A stretch of DNA of 26,886 nucleotides from the NCBI GenBank assembly GCA_963976765.1, contig CAXBME010000002.1:496001-522886 (forward strand), read 5' to 3'. The translations under genes were made by a program, and so were the position numbers. This document shows positions 25,987 through 26,886 of the stretch, in pieces (position 1 is the first letter of the stretch; every line of letters begins with the position of its first letter). Origin of the DNA: an uncultured Planctomycetaceae bacterium. Lineage in GTDB: Bacteria > Planctomycetota > Planctomycetia > Planctomycetales > Planctomycetaceae. Below the pieces are notes generated by a model that worked only from the letters and a program-made list of their open reading frames with translations, had not been told where the DNA came from and did not search any database.

Positions 25987-26072
25987 CCAATCGGTCAACC
26001 CGAGCGGCGGAATCACGTGGTTCTCACAGTTTCAGGTCACTCGCCGCCGCCGGGTTACCTTGGGCGTTAGCC
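25981..26072 (+). other. attC site 2 (92 bp)
   Basis: R'' GTCTAAC and R' GTTAGCC. Arms GGT-c-AACCCG-a-GCGGCGG and CCGCCGC-CGGGTT-ACC, giving canonical extrahelical G and T on the bottom strand. Confidence 0.93.
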
Positions 26073-26092
26073 GTCAAGCACCACCCACAGAA

Positions 26093-26788
26093 ATGCAACG
26101 TATAGCTGATGCACTTGATCGGATGTCGCTCGATGAACTTCGAATTCTCGCTAAGAATGCACAACTGACGGGATACAGTGGCCTGCGAAAAGCGGACCTT
26201 ATTGCGCACATTCAGACGGTAGGTGAATCCAGGCTTCAAACTCTACTCTTCCCGACTTGGTGGCAGACTTACAACAACCATGTCTATGGCGTCATCACTG
26301 TCGCCGGCGTACTCCTCTCGGTTGCCTTCTTCCTCTGGCCAGCAAGCAACGCAATAGATGCCTCGAAACAAGCGCCAGCGAAGTCGGAACGTAGCACCAT
26401 TGAAAGTCCGATTTCATTCGCTGACTACGCACGATTGCGGCCATCAGAAAAACAATCCCTCTTCACTGGGCGAATCGGCGAGCAATTCGTCTGGGAGGGC
26501 TTCTTGGCAGGGACAATCGGTTTCGAACTCGGATCATTAACTGGCGTCCCGTATGACACTCCTGTCAGTATCGAAATAGAACCAACCTCGTCATCGTCAC
26601 CTCAGTTCTCCGCCGTCTGCCACTTTGGCGAAATCTTACCCACAGACTCAGGTATTGAACTCGCCCTTCAACTGCACTTGCTTACAATCGGCCAACGGAT
26701 TCGACTCTCGGGGGAACTTGCCGGTTCGCCCGAAGTACCGATCCTGAATGACGCTTTTTTGGAAGCAGTGTTTCCCGTCGGCGAATAG
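26093..26788 (+). CDS. Cassette 3: Rho_N-like domain + TM helix + putative OB-fold protein (231 aa)
   Basis: LDRMSLDELRILAKNAQLTGYSGLRKADLIAHI (Rho N-terminal helix-extension-helix pattern), TM VYGVITVAGVLLSVAFFLW and a beta-rich C-domain. Cassette ends GTTAGCCGTC and GACGGCTAAC are perfectly complementary. Confidence 0.85.
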   Translation: MQRIADALDRMSLDELRILAKNAQLTGYSGLRKADLIAHIQTVGESRLQTLLFPTWWQTYNNHVYGVITVAGVLLSVAFFLWPASNAIDASKQAPAKSERSTIESPISFADYARLRPSEKQSLFTGRIGEQFVWEGFLAGTIGFELGSLTGVPYDTPVSIEIEPTSSSSPQFSAVCHFGEILPTDSGIELALQLHLLTIGQRIRLSGELAGSPEVPILNDAFLEAVFPVGE

Positions 26789-26802
26789 AAGTCAGAAAAG
26801 AC

Positions 26803-26886
26803 GGCTAACAAAATGATGCAGCGGAGTTGTGGTCAGCAGGGTGGCCCAGACAATCTCTTTTAGATTGTCTGGGTGCCGAAGGCACA
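26803..26886 (+). other. attC site 3, left arm only
   Basis: R'' GGCTAAC then AAAATG-ATGCAGCGGAG (L''-like, compare ATGCACCCGAG in attC1). No right arm lies within the window. Confidence 0.75.
26845..26885. repeat. Double hairpin (REP-like)
   Basis: CCCAGACAATCT-ctttt-AGATTGTCTGGG (perfect 12-bp stem, 26845-26873) directly followed by GTGCC-gaa-GGCAC (26873-26885). Confidence 0.7.

Larger units (their letters stand above)
21668..26886. mobile_element. Decayed tRNA-Arg-integrated genomic island with adjoining integron (right end not in window)
   Basis: A tyrosine integrase abuts and overlaps the tRNA 3' end, followed by a replication-helicase pseudogene and an integron. I found no second copy of the tRNA 3' end in the window. 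Confidence 0.7.
23279..26886. mobile_element. Integron (intI pseudogene, Pc, attI, at least 3 cassettes)
   Basis: Divergent intI plus co-oriented ORFs, each followed by an RYYYAAC-type core that opens an imperfect palindrome. The two complete sites end in GTTRRRY-type cores. Confidence 0.92.

Noticed and set aside
25790..26092. N-terminal 101 aa of the 332-aa ORF in the track
   Set aside because: It overlaps cassette 2 in another frame and crosses attC2. The cassette boundary puts the gene start at ATG 26093.
26093..26220. Transcription termination factor rho
   Set aside because: Only the short N-terminal helical motif is present. There is no ATPase domain, and a TM helix follows.
25098..26886. 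CRISPR array or Rho-independent terminators
   Set aside because: The repeats are separated by whole genes, have attC R/L boxes with extrahelical bases, and lack U-tracts.

Overview
Bacterial DNA of moderately high GC, most likely from a planctomycete (inferred from gene content and protein style). Bases 1-21050 are chromosomal backbone: secreted hypotheticals, a PilZ protein, a Gly/Ala-rich small protein, an SDR, a YmdB macro domain, an alpha/beta hydrolase, a YdjY-like lipoprotein, YgfZ, a sulfatase, a ceramidase-like hydrolase, an atypical enolase-superfamily enzyme and a DUF4129-DUF4350-MoxR-DUF58-membrane operon. At tRNA-Arg(CCT) (21621-21694) a decayed genomic island begins, with a 5'-truncated tyrosine integrase fused by deletion to a RepA/AAA_25-like helicase pseudogene. 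Next to it is an integron. Its long IntI has a duplicated N-terminal domain and is inactivated by an internal deletion at an inferred 7-bp microhomology. It retains a near-consensus Pc promoter, an attI crossover at 24569 and at least three gene cassettes with attC sites. All three cassettes encode uncharacterised proteins, one with a Rho_N-like / TM / OB-fold-like architecture. The third attC runs into a REP-like palindrome at the window edge. All family assignments come from motif recognition by eye, not from database searches.
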